DNA of 43,400 nt, from contig NC_068981.1 of NCBI RefSeq assembly GCF_001194135.2, forward strand, positions 123,092,897-123,136,296, written 5' to 3'. A model generated the notes under the pieces. It was given only the letters and a program-made list of their open reading frames with translations, was not told where the DNA came from and searched no databases. Source of the DNA: Octopus bimaculoides. Its lineage: Eukaryota. Both the position numbers and the translations under genes were made by a program. Every line of letters begins with the position of its first letter. The stretch's first letter is position 1. Below are positions 1 to 10,440 of this stretch, piece by piece.

Positions 1-42
<42 letters not shown>

Positions 43-1073
43 GTAGCCTCATGCACCTACATTATATAGATGTGTATGTGTGTATATATATTAAATGCAT
101 ATACCGTGTATATATATAAGTATTGTCTAAGTATATATCCCTGGCAGCGGATTATTTCAATATATTTATACATTTGCTTCTCACTTCTGTATTGTAACTC
201 CTATATCTGTAACGATTTTCTAAACATCGTGACCCTCATTATATTATGATTTCTGTACCCCTACATACATACACTGACCTACTCACACACATAGATTAAA
301 CAATGTATATATAATGTAAACAATATATATATGCAGAATACAAACAATACATATATGTGTATATATATATATCTATATATATATATATATATATATATAT
401 NNNNNNNNNNNNNNNNNNNNNNNNNNNNNNNNNNNNNNNNNNNNNNNNNNNNNNNNNNNNNNNNNNNNNNNNNNNNNNNNNNNNNNNNNNNNNNNNNNNN
501 NNNNNNNNNNNNNNNNNNNNNNNNNNNNNNNNNNNNNNNNNNNNNNNNNNNNNNNNNNNNNNNNNNNNNNNNNNNNNNNNNNNNNNNNNNNNNNNNNNNN
601 NNNNNNNNNNNNNNNNNNNNNNNNNNNNNNNNNNNNNNNNNNNNNNNNNNNNNNNNNNNNNNNNNNNNNNNNNNNNNNNNNNNNNNNNNNNNNNNNNNNN
701 NNNNNNNNNNNNNNNNNNNNNNNNNNNNNNNNNNNNNNNNNNNNNNNNNNNNNNNNNNNNNNNNNNNNNNNNNNNNNNNNNNNNNNNNNNNNNNNNNNNN
801 NNNNNNNNNNNNNNNNNNNNNNNNNNNNNNNNNNNNNNNNNNNNNNNNNNNNNNNNNNNNNNNNNNNNNNNNNNNNNNNNNNNNNNNNNNNNNNNNNNNN
901 NNNNNNNNNNNNNNNNNNNNNNNNNNNNNNNNNNNNNNNNNNNNNNNNNNNNNNNNNNNNNNNNNNNNNNNNNNNNNNNNNNNNNNNNNNNNNNNNNNNN
1001 NNNNNNNNNNNNNNNNNNNNNNNNNNNNNNNNNNNNNNNNNNNNNNNNNNNNNNNNNNNNNNNNNNNNNNNNN

Positions 1074-1119
<46 letters not shown>

Positions 1120-1469
1120 TGAGACAAACAGACAGAGATTATTATACCACTGGGGAGGGTATTTCTGTTGCGCAACCTGCAAGAGGGAGTACCTAATGTT
1201 TCTCTGGTTTCTTGCAAAAATACGTAGAAAAAAGAATTTAGTCGAGTGTTTAAATATCTGTGAAATGCAAACACACACTTGTAAGTACATAGGTGAAAAT
1301 CAAGTTTAAAATCATAGTACTGGTTTAAGAAAGGTAGACTAAACTAGTGTTTTAGTGAATTTAAGAGATCTTCACAAACTAGTACTTATTTTCTCGTACC
1401 CGTAACTCAGCCAGCGGTGAGAATCCTAGATAGCAATATATAAATATATGTCTATCTAACTATCTATAC

Positions 1470-1803
1470 GTTTGTGTGAGTGTGTGTGTGTGTTGTGTGT
1501 ATGTGTGTGTGTGTGTGTGTGTGTTTGTGTGTGTATGTGTGTGTGTGTGTGTGTGTGCGCGAGTGTGTACGTGAATGTGTGAGCATGTGTTTGTTTGTGT
1601 GCAAGTGCGAGTGTTTGTGAAACCGCGACAGTGAACCTAATCAGTCTGTGTTAGTGTATGTGTGTATATATATATATATATATAAACATATGTATATACA
1701 TACATACGTATATTTATATGTATTATATATATAATGATTTTTAGTGTTGTTTTTAATATATGCATGTATATATATATATATTCCTACATATGCATATGTA
1801 TGC

Positions 1804-1862
<59 letters not shown>

Positions 1863-1960
1863 TGTGTGTGTGTGTGTGTGTGCGTGTGGGGGGTGCGTGT
1901 GTGTGTGAGTGTGTATGTGTATGTGTGTATGTGTGTATGTGTGTATGTGTGTGTGTGTAC
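1470..1960. repeat. Compound (GT)n/(AT)n microsatellite field
   Basis: Directly visible dinucleotide tracts, one of many similar fields in the window. Confidence 0.95.
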
Positions 1961-2396
1961 ATATACCAGACTCTGCTCTCATTAACAAAATATGAACAGG
2001 CGACTGTCTTAGTTATCAGTTGACCTGTACAGTATAGGAGACCAATTCCTGTCAGATTAAATCTTATCATCCCAAAAAAGGAATTGAAATAGTATAATGA
2101 CTTAGTGAAAACAATACTCCTTGAATAAAGCCATAGATGTCAATGACTGACTCGCTTATCTTAGATCCCTATTCCGATATACGGGACTATACAACACAAA
2201 TAACAGGGAGGTGTCGGGATATTGAAGTATCTCGTAGTCATATAAGATGTGTATAGTCACATTTAGAATGTTTTTATCATAGTTTAGATGTACCAGACAT
2301 GAACTGGGACTAAACAATGCCTAAAACAATCATTTTATTTCACTCTCTTCGCACTACCATTCAATATGAATACATATTCAAAATGGCACATACGGA

Positions 2397-2429
<33 letters not shown>

Positions 2430-3144
2430 TCACGTATTACATTCAAAAGCCAACCCCACCCTCAGCATATTTCTGCATATATGAATTTTTCATCTATCAT
2501 GTATTTACCGAATCTGTTCATATATTCCTTCAATGAGGAATTCATGGGTTGTCTTGACATTTATCGTGTCGCCCGCCCTGTTTCTCTCATTGCTGCTCAT
2601 TTACCTTCCTACTATATACGTGTGCGTCACTTCTCCTCCCATTCCATTCCCTGCATCCTCTACATTGTATTACTTTCCTCTCTCTTTATTGCAACAACCC
2701 TTTCTACCTGTTGCTTGCTTGATGTGTTGTTCAAAGCTTCCATATTCAATTATTGTTCACTTTCATTATATATTATGTATCTATTCATTTTTTTTTTCAT
2801 TTCGTATTGCATTTAATAAAATCTATAAATGTTGGGAGGTTCAGTTCATCGAATCGAATAGTGAGTTCGGATATCAAATGAAAAAACCACAGATCAAACT
2901 TTAGCAGCGGCATCTACTATTGTGTCCATGCTTCAAACACATATCGTTCTAATAGAGCTGACAAATACTGATAAATGTTTAGATGCGGTAAGAGCCTAGA
3001 GCATTCATTTGGAGTCTAGTACGGTATGGTCTGTTTCCCTATTATACAAGAACCGAAGTGACGTGGGAATGGGGTATCCAGAAAACGTAAAGAACGGGAT
3101 TCCTCAGTCGTTCATGACGGAAATGTTGTGTTTCAGTTTGTATT

Positions 3145-3185
<41 letters not shown>

Positions 3186-3306
3186 NNNNNNNNNNNNNNN
3201 NNNNNNNNNNNNNNNNNNNNNNNNNNNNNNNNNNNNNNNNNNNNNNNNNNNNNNNNNNNNNNNNNNNNNNNNNNNNNNNNNNNNNNNNNNNNNNNNNNNN
3301 NNNNNN

Positions 3307-3341
<35 letters not shown>

Positions 3342-3934
3342 TATACTCTGTCTGCTTTTTATGTTTTATTTATATTCTTATAAAATTAATGTGGGATATA
3401 GAATATGGAATATAGAATATAAATAGTAAAATGAAGAGTAGTAGAGATATCACCAGCATGCTAAAATAGCAGTCAGAAATGACTTAAGACAACAGATTTC
3501 CACTAAAACGCAAAGGTGAAATAGGGTGAATGGGCAAAAATAATGTTAAGACCCCATAAAATGACAGAAAAATCTTAAATTATAAAGCCAGACATTTCCC
3601 TATCGCAGCGATTTCAAGCTTTCTGAAAATATCAGTCATCGTCAGCGAGTCCTACTGATCTAGTGTCATAAATGTTGCTCATCTCAACTACCTATTGCGA
3701 TGATCGTTTTTCATGCCGTACTAAATTTAAAAAGGTGATCTAATTGAATAAAATTCTTGTAAATTATAAAAAAATATAAGGATATTGTTTACAACAATAT
3801 GAGTGGCTGAGCATGCGTCAAAAACCATACAGGTAAATTATTACTAATTAATAATGAAGGGAACTAGAAGTAGCAATAGCATGCTAAAGTAGCAGTCAGA
3901 AACGGCTAAAGACCACAAATTTTCACTAAAACAC

Positions 3935-4380
3935 TTCGTCATTTGTATGGAGTCTTAACGTCACGTTTGGACATCCTCCCGATTTCACCTGCGTAGTGAG
4001 CTTGCTACCTACAACCTACGGTACCATGCAATGCGTTCTTTTCAGCTAATAATGTCCTGATTACTCTGGCCGTGCCGAGGAGGCAAAACTTTTGTAACCG
4101 TTCTACTGGGCACTCTATTCCAATTTCCTTTACATTCCCCTTGATGCCCTCTGATACTGTTCACAAGGACCCAACAATAATTGGCACTATCTTCACATTC
4201 TTCATTTTTCATAGCCGGGCTATTTCCTACCTATATTTATCTGTTTTTTCGCCTTCATTCTTGACTATTAGAATATAGAATATGTGGTGCACCTTGTCCG
4301 CCTTTAGGTCCGGTCGGTTATGCTCTAGCAACTGGTCTGTTTGGATTGGGAAATCCCAGGGGATTTTGCTGGTCTCTCTG
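3935..4380 (-). mobile_element. R4/Dong-clade retrotransposon 3' fragment A (REL C-terminus plus 3' UTR), a different copy from fragment B
   Basis: Minus-strand translation: KIPWDFPIQTD..HNRPDL, KNEGEKTDKY..EIARL*KMK, VKIVPIIVGSL, LQKFCLLGTARVIR. These are the terminal REL motifs (PIIVGSLG..., QK..LLGTA.I.R). The 3' boundary is approximate. Confidence 0.8.
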
Positions 4381-5403
4381 ACTCTTCTGGTTTTAAGATT
4401 CCACATCTTCTGTATTTCAATTTTCAGGTCCTTATATTTACTTAATTTGTCAAATTCCTTTAAAGATATATTTCTATGAGTGGGAACACTTACATCTATT
4501 AATCTACAAATATTTTTTTTCTCTGTCTTTAATAATTATGTCTGGTCGATTAGCCTGGATCGTCCTGTCGGTGATGATTGGAAAATCCAGAGGATAGTGA
4601 CATGTTTACTTTCAACAATTGGCTCAAGCAGGACTGCTGATTTTGTAGTGTTTACCTATTTACGAATATGAATACTGACCTGTATTCATTTGGTGTCAGT
4701 ACAGGGCATTACAAGACTCGATGGTCTATTGTTTCATCAAATTTATTGCAGAATCTGCAGTTAGGGTCAGAACCATTTTTAAGAACGTTAACCTGCTTGG
4801 TTTTGGTAAGCAGGCTTTGATTTTGTGCCGCTAATATGAAACCTTCAGTCTCTGCTTTCAGTCCTGAGATTCTTTGTTACTGACGGCTTGTTGCTTGGTC
4901 TACATCGGCATTTCGGCTTAGAAGTATATACTGTCCATGAAGAGGCTTCTAGCTCTACCGCTCCTCAATTTGATTCTGCCCGTTCGCTTTTGCAGTCTGA
5001 CCTATTTTGCTTGTTTTGTGTGCAGTGGTTTCCGGTTCTTCATGAAATTCATGGTTAATGCCGAGTTCCCTTGCAAATTTGCAAGCTTCCTTGACAATAG
5101 AATGTGATTTTTTGCTGCTTTCGTGTTTGCACACAAGCGAGGGCATCTAGTCCTCTGTACTAGATAAGTAATTGTTCATTTGCTATTGTAGAGTTCTTAT
5201 AGCACAGTTCTACCTGCATCATTCCTCTTTCCCATTTACTTCTAGTTAGATGTAGACGATCAACGTCTGCTTTTGTGTGGTGCATGTTCTTAGATGTTAG
5301 CAGTATTCTTGTCTTTCTGTCCAGGCGTTGGAGCTCTATAAGATTCCAGTTAATGATGTTAAAACATTACTGGACTACTGGAAGTGCCAGCGTATTAATG
5401 GTT
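4381..5403 (-). mobile_element. R4/Dong-clade non-LTR retrotransposon, 5'-truncated decayed fragment B (late RT, CCHC knuckle, REL endonuclease)
   Basis: Manual minus-strand translation, with stops and frameshifts: INTLALPVVQ..NIINWN, ELQRLDRKTRILLT..MHHTKADVDRLHL, KPLHGQY, LKAETEGFILAAQNQSLLT, CRFC..DETIDH..CP (CCHC), ILW(DF)PIITDRTIQANRPDIIIKD, IDVSVP..NISLKEFDKLSKYKDLKIEIQKMW (PD..D/E..K REL motif). Confidence 0.9.
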
Positions 5404-5486
5404 TTGTTGTTGTTGTTGTTGTTGTTTTTGTTGCTGTTATTATTATTATTATTGTTATTATTATTATTATCATTATTATTATTATG

Positions 5487-5670
5487 TGAGAGAGCAGTGC
5501 ATACCATCAAAGTGACACTGGGGTAAAATATACGAAGCCCATTATACCCATCATGACTACCCGTCTGATAAGGGTACACCAGGCACATGCATTACAACCA
5601 TGTGCGCGACATGGTGATCTCATATCAAGGTGATCTCATATCAAGGTGATCTCATATCAAGGTGATCTCA
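5487..5670 (-). mobile_element. Short 5'-truncated non-LTR 3' end with (AAT)n tail, inserted in a TAA microsatellite
   Basis: Unique ~185-bp segment flanked on both sides by (TTA)n tracts (5403-5485 and 5671-5701). On the minus strand it ends ...gcactgctctctcac followed by (aat)n, and resembles a repeat 3' end I recall from octopus sequence. Confidence 0.55.
5613..5670 (+). repeat. Tandem 16-mer GGTGATCTCATATCAA x3.6
   Basis: Exact copies at 5613-5628, 5629-5644 and 5645-5660, plus a partial copy at 5661-5670. Confidence 0.95.
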
Positions 5671-6504
5671 TTATTATTATCATTATTATTATTATTATTA
5701 TTTCCGTTAGTATATGCGCGTATGACGTTACTGAATGTGTGCTAGCCGGTATGTGTGTGTGCGAGAAATTATTCGCAGAGAGAGACTAAGGGGAAATTGG
5801 AGGGAGAAGAAGAGAGAGAGATAATAATACGCGTTAAAGTTAGTTCGAGAGAAGGTTACCACCCCTGTCATAGAATCTGGAATATGAAGAGTCATAACCT
5901 CAAAGCACTTTGCTTGACACACATTTACATTATATATGTTTAGGAACTTGCGCGTGTACCCGTGCATGTGTATGTGCATGCTTGCTTCTGTGTGTGTCTC
6001 TGAGTGAGTAGTACGTCGACGTATATCACTTTGTATGAGTGTATATTTATGCGTGTTAGAGTATATTGCTTACATGCACGACTATAAATATGAGTGTAGT
6101 AGCGTATGCGTGTAGGCATGTGAGTGTAGTAGCATATGTGTGTATGCATCTGCATGTATACATGATCATGTACCTCTCTGTCCATGCACGCATACGTACA
6201 CACATACGTATAAGGCGAGGTCGAACGACTTCCAAGAGCTGCTGCTTCTTTACTCGACCACCATCATTTCTCAAATGTTTGTCTCTCTACTTTAATATTA
6301 TTCTCCTCTCTCACTGTCAGCTTCATGTTAAGAAAACATATATTCATACACACATACATACACATACGTACGGGCATGCGTACAAACACGTATTGATACA
6401 CACAGGATATATACATGCACATATACTTCCACATGCATAAGCATACATGCACACATAAATATCAATGCACACTGGCGTATATGCATACATTGTAGTAACA
6501 ATGA

Positions 6505-6880
6505 CTGGTTCAGGAACCTCTTCAAGGACTATGATATATCACATCATATCAAGAAGGCTATGCATTTGCTTTTCCAGAAACAGGCAATGGCTACTAGATA
6601 CCTTATCAATAACGGGTATAAGGAAGCCTCCATGGCACCATGATGGGATATAAAATGATAGTCGATTTGCTGAAATTATATGACCCACATCACCAGCAGT
6701 TGCCCAGATTTACCCACAAGACACTACCTAGTCATGAGACACAAAACTGTGGCTAAAAGCATTTCTGGTGCTATCCGGAAGAAGGAATTTCTCGATAACT
6801 ATTTCAAAAGTAACAACAACAAAATGCTGGCTGCACGCGCATCAGCCCTGATATTATTCCATGAGACAGAAAAAAATATG
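6505..6880 (+). mobile_element. R4/NeSL-clade non-LTR fragment (CCHC knuckle region), decayed
   Basis: Across frameshifts reads EGYAFAF/QKQAMATRYL ... THITSSCPDLPTRHYLVMRHKTVAKSI, matching the R4-type 'EG..FA.QEQ...TR ... HI.S.C..L....Y..RH..VA..I' motif. Confidence 0.65.
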
Positions 6881-7204
6881 TAGGTATGAATATACGTATA
6901 TATTCGTGAAAATTATACTTAACACGTTGGAATGCAATCGGTCGTGGGAAGTCTTTTCACTGCGGATATAGAAAAATGTTACTTAGGAGTAACATATTCA
7001 TGTTGATATGATGGAAGATTTAATTGGCTGTTATTTGGAGTGCAGGACACATGCATTTCTGCGTTTTTCTTTTTTACTGTCGTCAGTTACGAACGCAAAT
7101 CTATGACTGTTCATTCAACTGCTCGACATTATTTTAAAACAAAAACAAAATCTCAATTTAATCCTTTCCACGTACCACGTTGCGTCAAAAGTTGTTTTAG
7201 ATAT

Positions 7205-7875
7205 TAACTAATGATTTTTGCCAACTCCATGTTATATCATTTATATGATAGAATTTGTTGACCAATCGTTGCTGAATTGCTTATTCTTTTTCTTATATAA
7301 CATATATACATTGTTTATTCGTGATTTTACAGTTTTGATAATGAGTAATAAAAAAAATATTATTAGAGCCATTTTACTTTGCAGTGCAGGGGCAGCGACA
7401 AAAGAAATTAACAATGCGAAATGCCCAGGAATTATCAAGGAACGTGTGGCACAAAACTGGTTCAGACGCGTCAGGGAAATTGATAAAAAGACAAATCAAC
7501 ATCAGGGATATCTTCTGTTGTGAAGGATGAGGCCATGCTTGAAATAGTTTAGCAACAGCAAGGCCCGAACACTCGTACGTAATCGGCAGAACTTGGTCAA
7601 TCAACACCTCCATAATCTGGGCCCTGTGAACAGACACTGTCGAGAAGCTGCGTATAAACTAATCAATGACGAGGCACAATGACGTGTGAACATTTGCAAA
7701 CAACTTCTGGCAAATCCTCGTGATGCCCGTTCTTAGTGTTGAATTGTGACTGGGGTGAAAAATGGAAACGAAATGGGAAATAAAACACTGGAAGAAAAAG
7801 AAATATAATGAAAATCTCAAATAGAGCAAAAATAAAAAAGTTTAAAAATTGCAATTGCTTGACATAACACTAAAA
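7205..7875 (+). mobile_element. Mariner (Tc1/mariner DD34D) remnant, N-terminal half with internal deletions
   Basis: MSNKKNIIRAILL..AATKEINNA..GIIKERVAQNWFRR (HTH region), then RVNICKQLLANP.D.RF..IVTG(D)EKW. The degenerate right end aaaaattgcaattgcttgacataacactaa (~7845-7872) resembles a mariner TIR. Confidence 0.75.
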
Positions 7876-8525
7876 AATCAGATACGAAATCAAGGAATCT
7901 GTAAATGAGGATAAACACTCAGGCACAATTGTCATAATGAAAAATGATTATATTTCTGACAAACTTTTCCCACTCGATTCACTGTAAATTACGTAAAAAT
8001 AAAGGAGAAATCAATGGTGTTACAACAATTACGGAAACGGGAGAATATTAGGGAAGAATTATAAAAGCGAAGGAATTAATTAAATCAGAAAACATGTACA
8101 AAACAAGGATTAAAGCGAATAAAGAATTGTAGAAGATTATATGAATTGCAAAACAAAATGCAGCCGAGATATACAAAACAAAACAAAACAAAAAGGAACA
8201 GGTAGACGATGAGTACAAATAAATAAGGATTCTAATTAGCGGTTAAATTATATAAATGGCACAAAAGATATTGTTAAACCAGTTAATGCCAGGCTGAATC
8301 AACCAGAAACAACACCTGAATAGTTTACTGACGATTTAGATACATTCTTAATTGTCAAAATTAAAATGAAAATACACAAATGCATTCATGTGTTGCTAGC
8401 ATTAGTTCAGAGTGGCATACAATGCCTTTGTCTAACTACTTGACCTTTTGTGCAACAATTTCAATATATGTACGTATGGATGGATGGATCGATGGATCGA
8501 TGGATCGATGTGTATGGGTGTATAT

Positions 8526-8588
<63 letters not shown>

Positions 8589-9319
8589 NNNNNNNNNNNN
8601 NNNNNNNNNNNNNNNNNNATTCAGTATACTGCAGAATGGTAGAGCCGTTGGAAGAAGCAACAGGATATCCTACACCGCAAAGTTTGAAAGTTTGGCATAT
8701 TATTGTTGTTGTTGTTGTCACCATCATCGTCATCATCACTGTTATTGCTACTAGAACATTAATAACTTGTATAAAATGAACTTCTACATAGAACCTTCCA
8801 ATATATATAGAAATGACACACACACACTCAACAAAACTTCCTTTCTAAAAAAACACTTACAGCTTTCTAGATACGGCTAATAGCGCTGATGCCACAAACA
8901 ACGTATGTGGTGGAATGTTTGCTTATAAAAAACTTGTATATGCACACATGGGAGTAAGGGGACATCCGAGTAAGGTTGTGCACACGAACCCACACATATA
9001 TATATATGCATTGGAGTATCTATAGCTACCTATTTATGTTTGTAGGCTCTTTGTGTGCCTTGTATTTTTAAGGGTTTTTTTACATATATCTTTTTTATAT
9101 TTTTGCATGTCCCACGTGCTATACCTTCATTTTTCATTTATGTATTCTTTATTATTATTATTATTCTTTTCCTGCTGTACCCCTATTTTTATTTTGATTT
9201 TGATTTTAATTCTATTTTTTATTTTTATTTCTACCTTATTTTTGCTGTTGTTTTTCTTCTGGTCTCTATCACACCTCTGTTTTTACCTCTTGCTCTACAT
9301 TTGTATGAAACCCTTTGTG

Positions 9320-9448
9320 AATCTCTGAGGAGGCCTAGCGGTTCGGGCATGTAAACCCATTTCAAAATGTCATCCGATAATCACCCCGGCAAGAAATATT
9401 CGGATAGAATGGGGCTTGCTAAAACTAGGCCGAAACAGCTGTAAGATT
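9320..9448 (+). ncRNA. Type I hammerhead ribozyme motif (Penelope-like minimal/dimeric architecture, long loop II)
   Basis: Stem I AATCT(9320-9324)/AGATT(9444-9448). Core CTGAGGA (9325-9331) matches CUGANGA. Stem II GGCCTAG(9332-9338)/CTAGGCC(9425-9431) is 7 perfect bp with the G10.1-C11.1 pair. GAAA at 9432-9435. Palindromic stem III ACAGCTGT (9435-9442). Cleavage triplet GUA (9441-9443). All conserved core positions are present. Confidence 0.85.
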
Positions 9449-9694
9449 AAACTTCTGTTCATCCTACAATTCCTTATGTACTTTGTACTTCTATATGTAA
9501 ACCAGGTTGGCAAAATAACATAGTCTGCCATAGACACCTGTGCCTTGGTTCTTTCTTTCTTTTTCTTTCTTCGTTTTTGTCACTTTTGCTATGAATTAAA
9601 TTAATGAATTCAACGGGATACATTGTCTGCAAGTAGTTGGGTTCAGCATATTATCCTCCATTTTCTAATTGTTATATATATATATATATATATA

Positions 9695-9925
9695 AATATT
9701 TTATTTCACATTGCTCCAATCCACTGAGCTCGCAAAATGAGTAACACCGATATTTCAAATGGCCAGCCTTGTCACACTCTGTGTCAGGCTGAATCGCCCT
9801 GAGAACTATTATGTACTCGTGTCTGTGGAGTGCTCAGCCACTTGCACGTTAATTTCACGAGCAGTCTGTTTCGTTGATCGGGACAACTGGAGCCCTTGTC
9901 GTCGTATCAGACGGAGTACCAGTCA
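9695..9925 (+). mobile_element. SINE fragment (central domain plus 3' part)
   Basis: ttttatttcacattgctccaatccactgagc... central box, shared with the minus-strand copy at 41800-42035 (ttgctcctgttcactaagc). Recalled as a cephalopod SINE body. Confidence 0.6.
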
Positions 9926-9929
9926 ATCA

Positions 9930-9961
<32 letters not shown>

Positions 9962-9971
9962 NNNNNNNNNN

Positions 9972-10023
<52 letters not shown>

Positions 10024-10029
10024 GGAGAA

Positions 10030-10440
10030 AGAGAGAGACATATATTAGCAACCTTTACTCCACATCGTTTGCAATATTTAGATTTTATGAAGGCCATTCA
10101 TTCCTTCAGGAAGTGATGTCCTTGCTGAAACAATTTGTTTCTACGATAACGCCTCAAATGTGAATATCCACTCACGTTTTACACATTCACCATTAAGATA
10201 ATAGCTCCAAGTTCATTTTTCTCCGATGTTCCTGTGCACACAGTATCACCCGCAATAGTGATATATTCTAGTTTCAAGAGAATCAAGCCTCTCCTTTACG
10301 CTTGATGCATTCATGCACAAATTGTTGATTGCTCAGAGTCATGAACTTTTAAATTTGCAACTAATTTATAAGGTCACTGTAGGTGATGTTCTTATGCCGT
10401 CGTTCTTCAGCGAGAAATAGCAACCATGTCTCATTCAAAA
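10030..10440 (-). mobile_element. Tc1-like transposase remnant, heavily deleted
   Basis: Minus strand gives LFQQG.. (cf. FQQDN) and WPS*NLNIAN(M)WSK (cf. WP..SPDLNPIENLW); an upstream segment resembles GRPR.TSP..DR. Confidence 0.45.

Noticed and set aside
5613-5670. CRISPR-like appearance of short exact repeats
   Set aside because: The repeats are contiguous with no spacers, the DNA is eukaryotic, and there are no cas genes.
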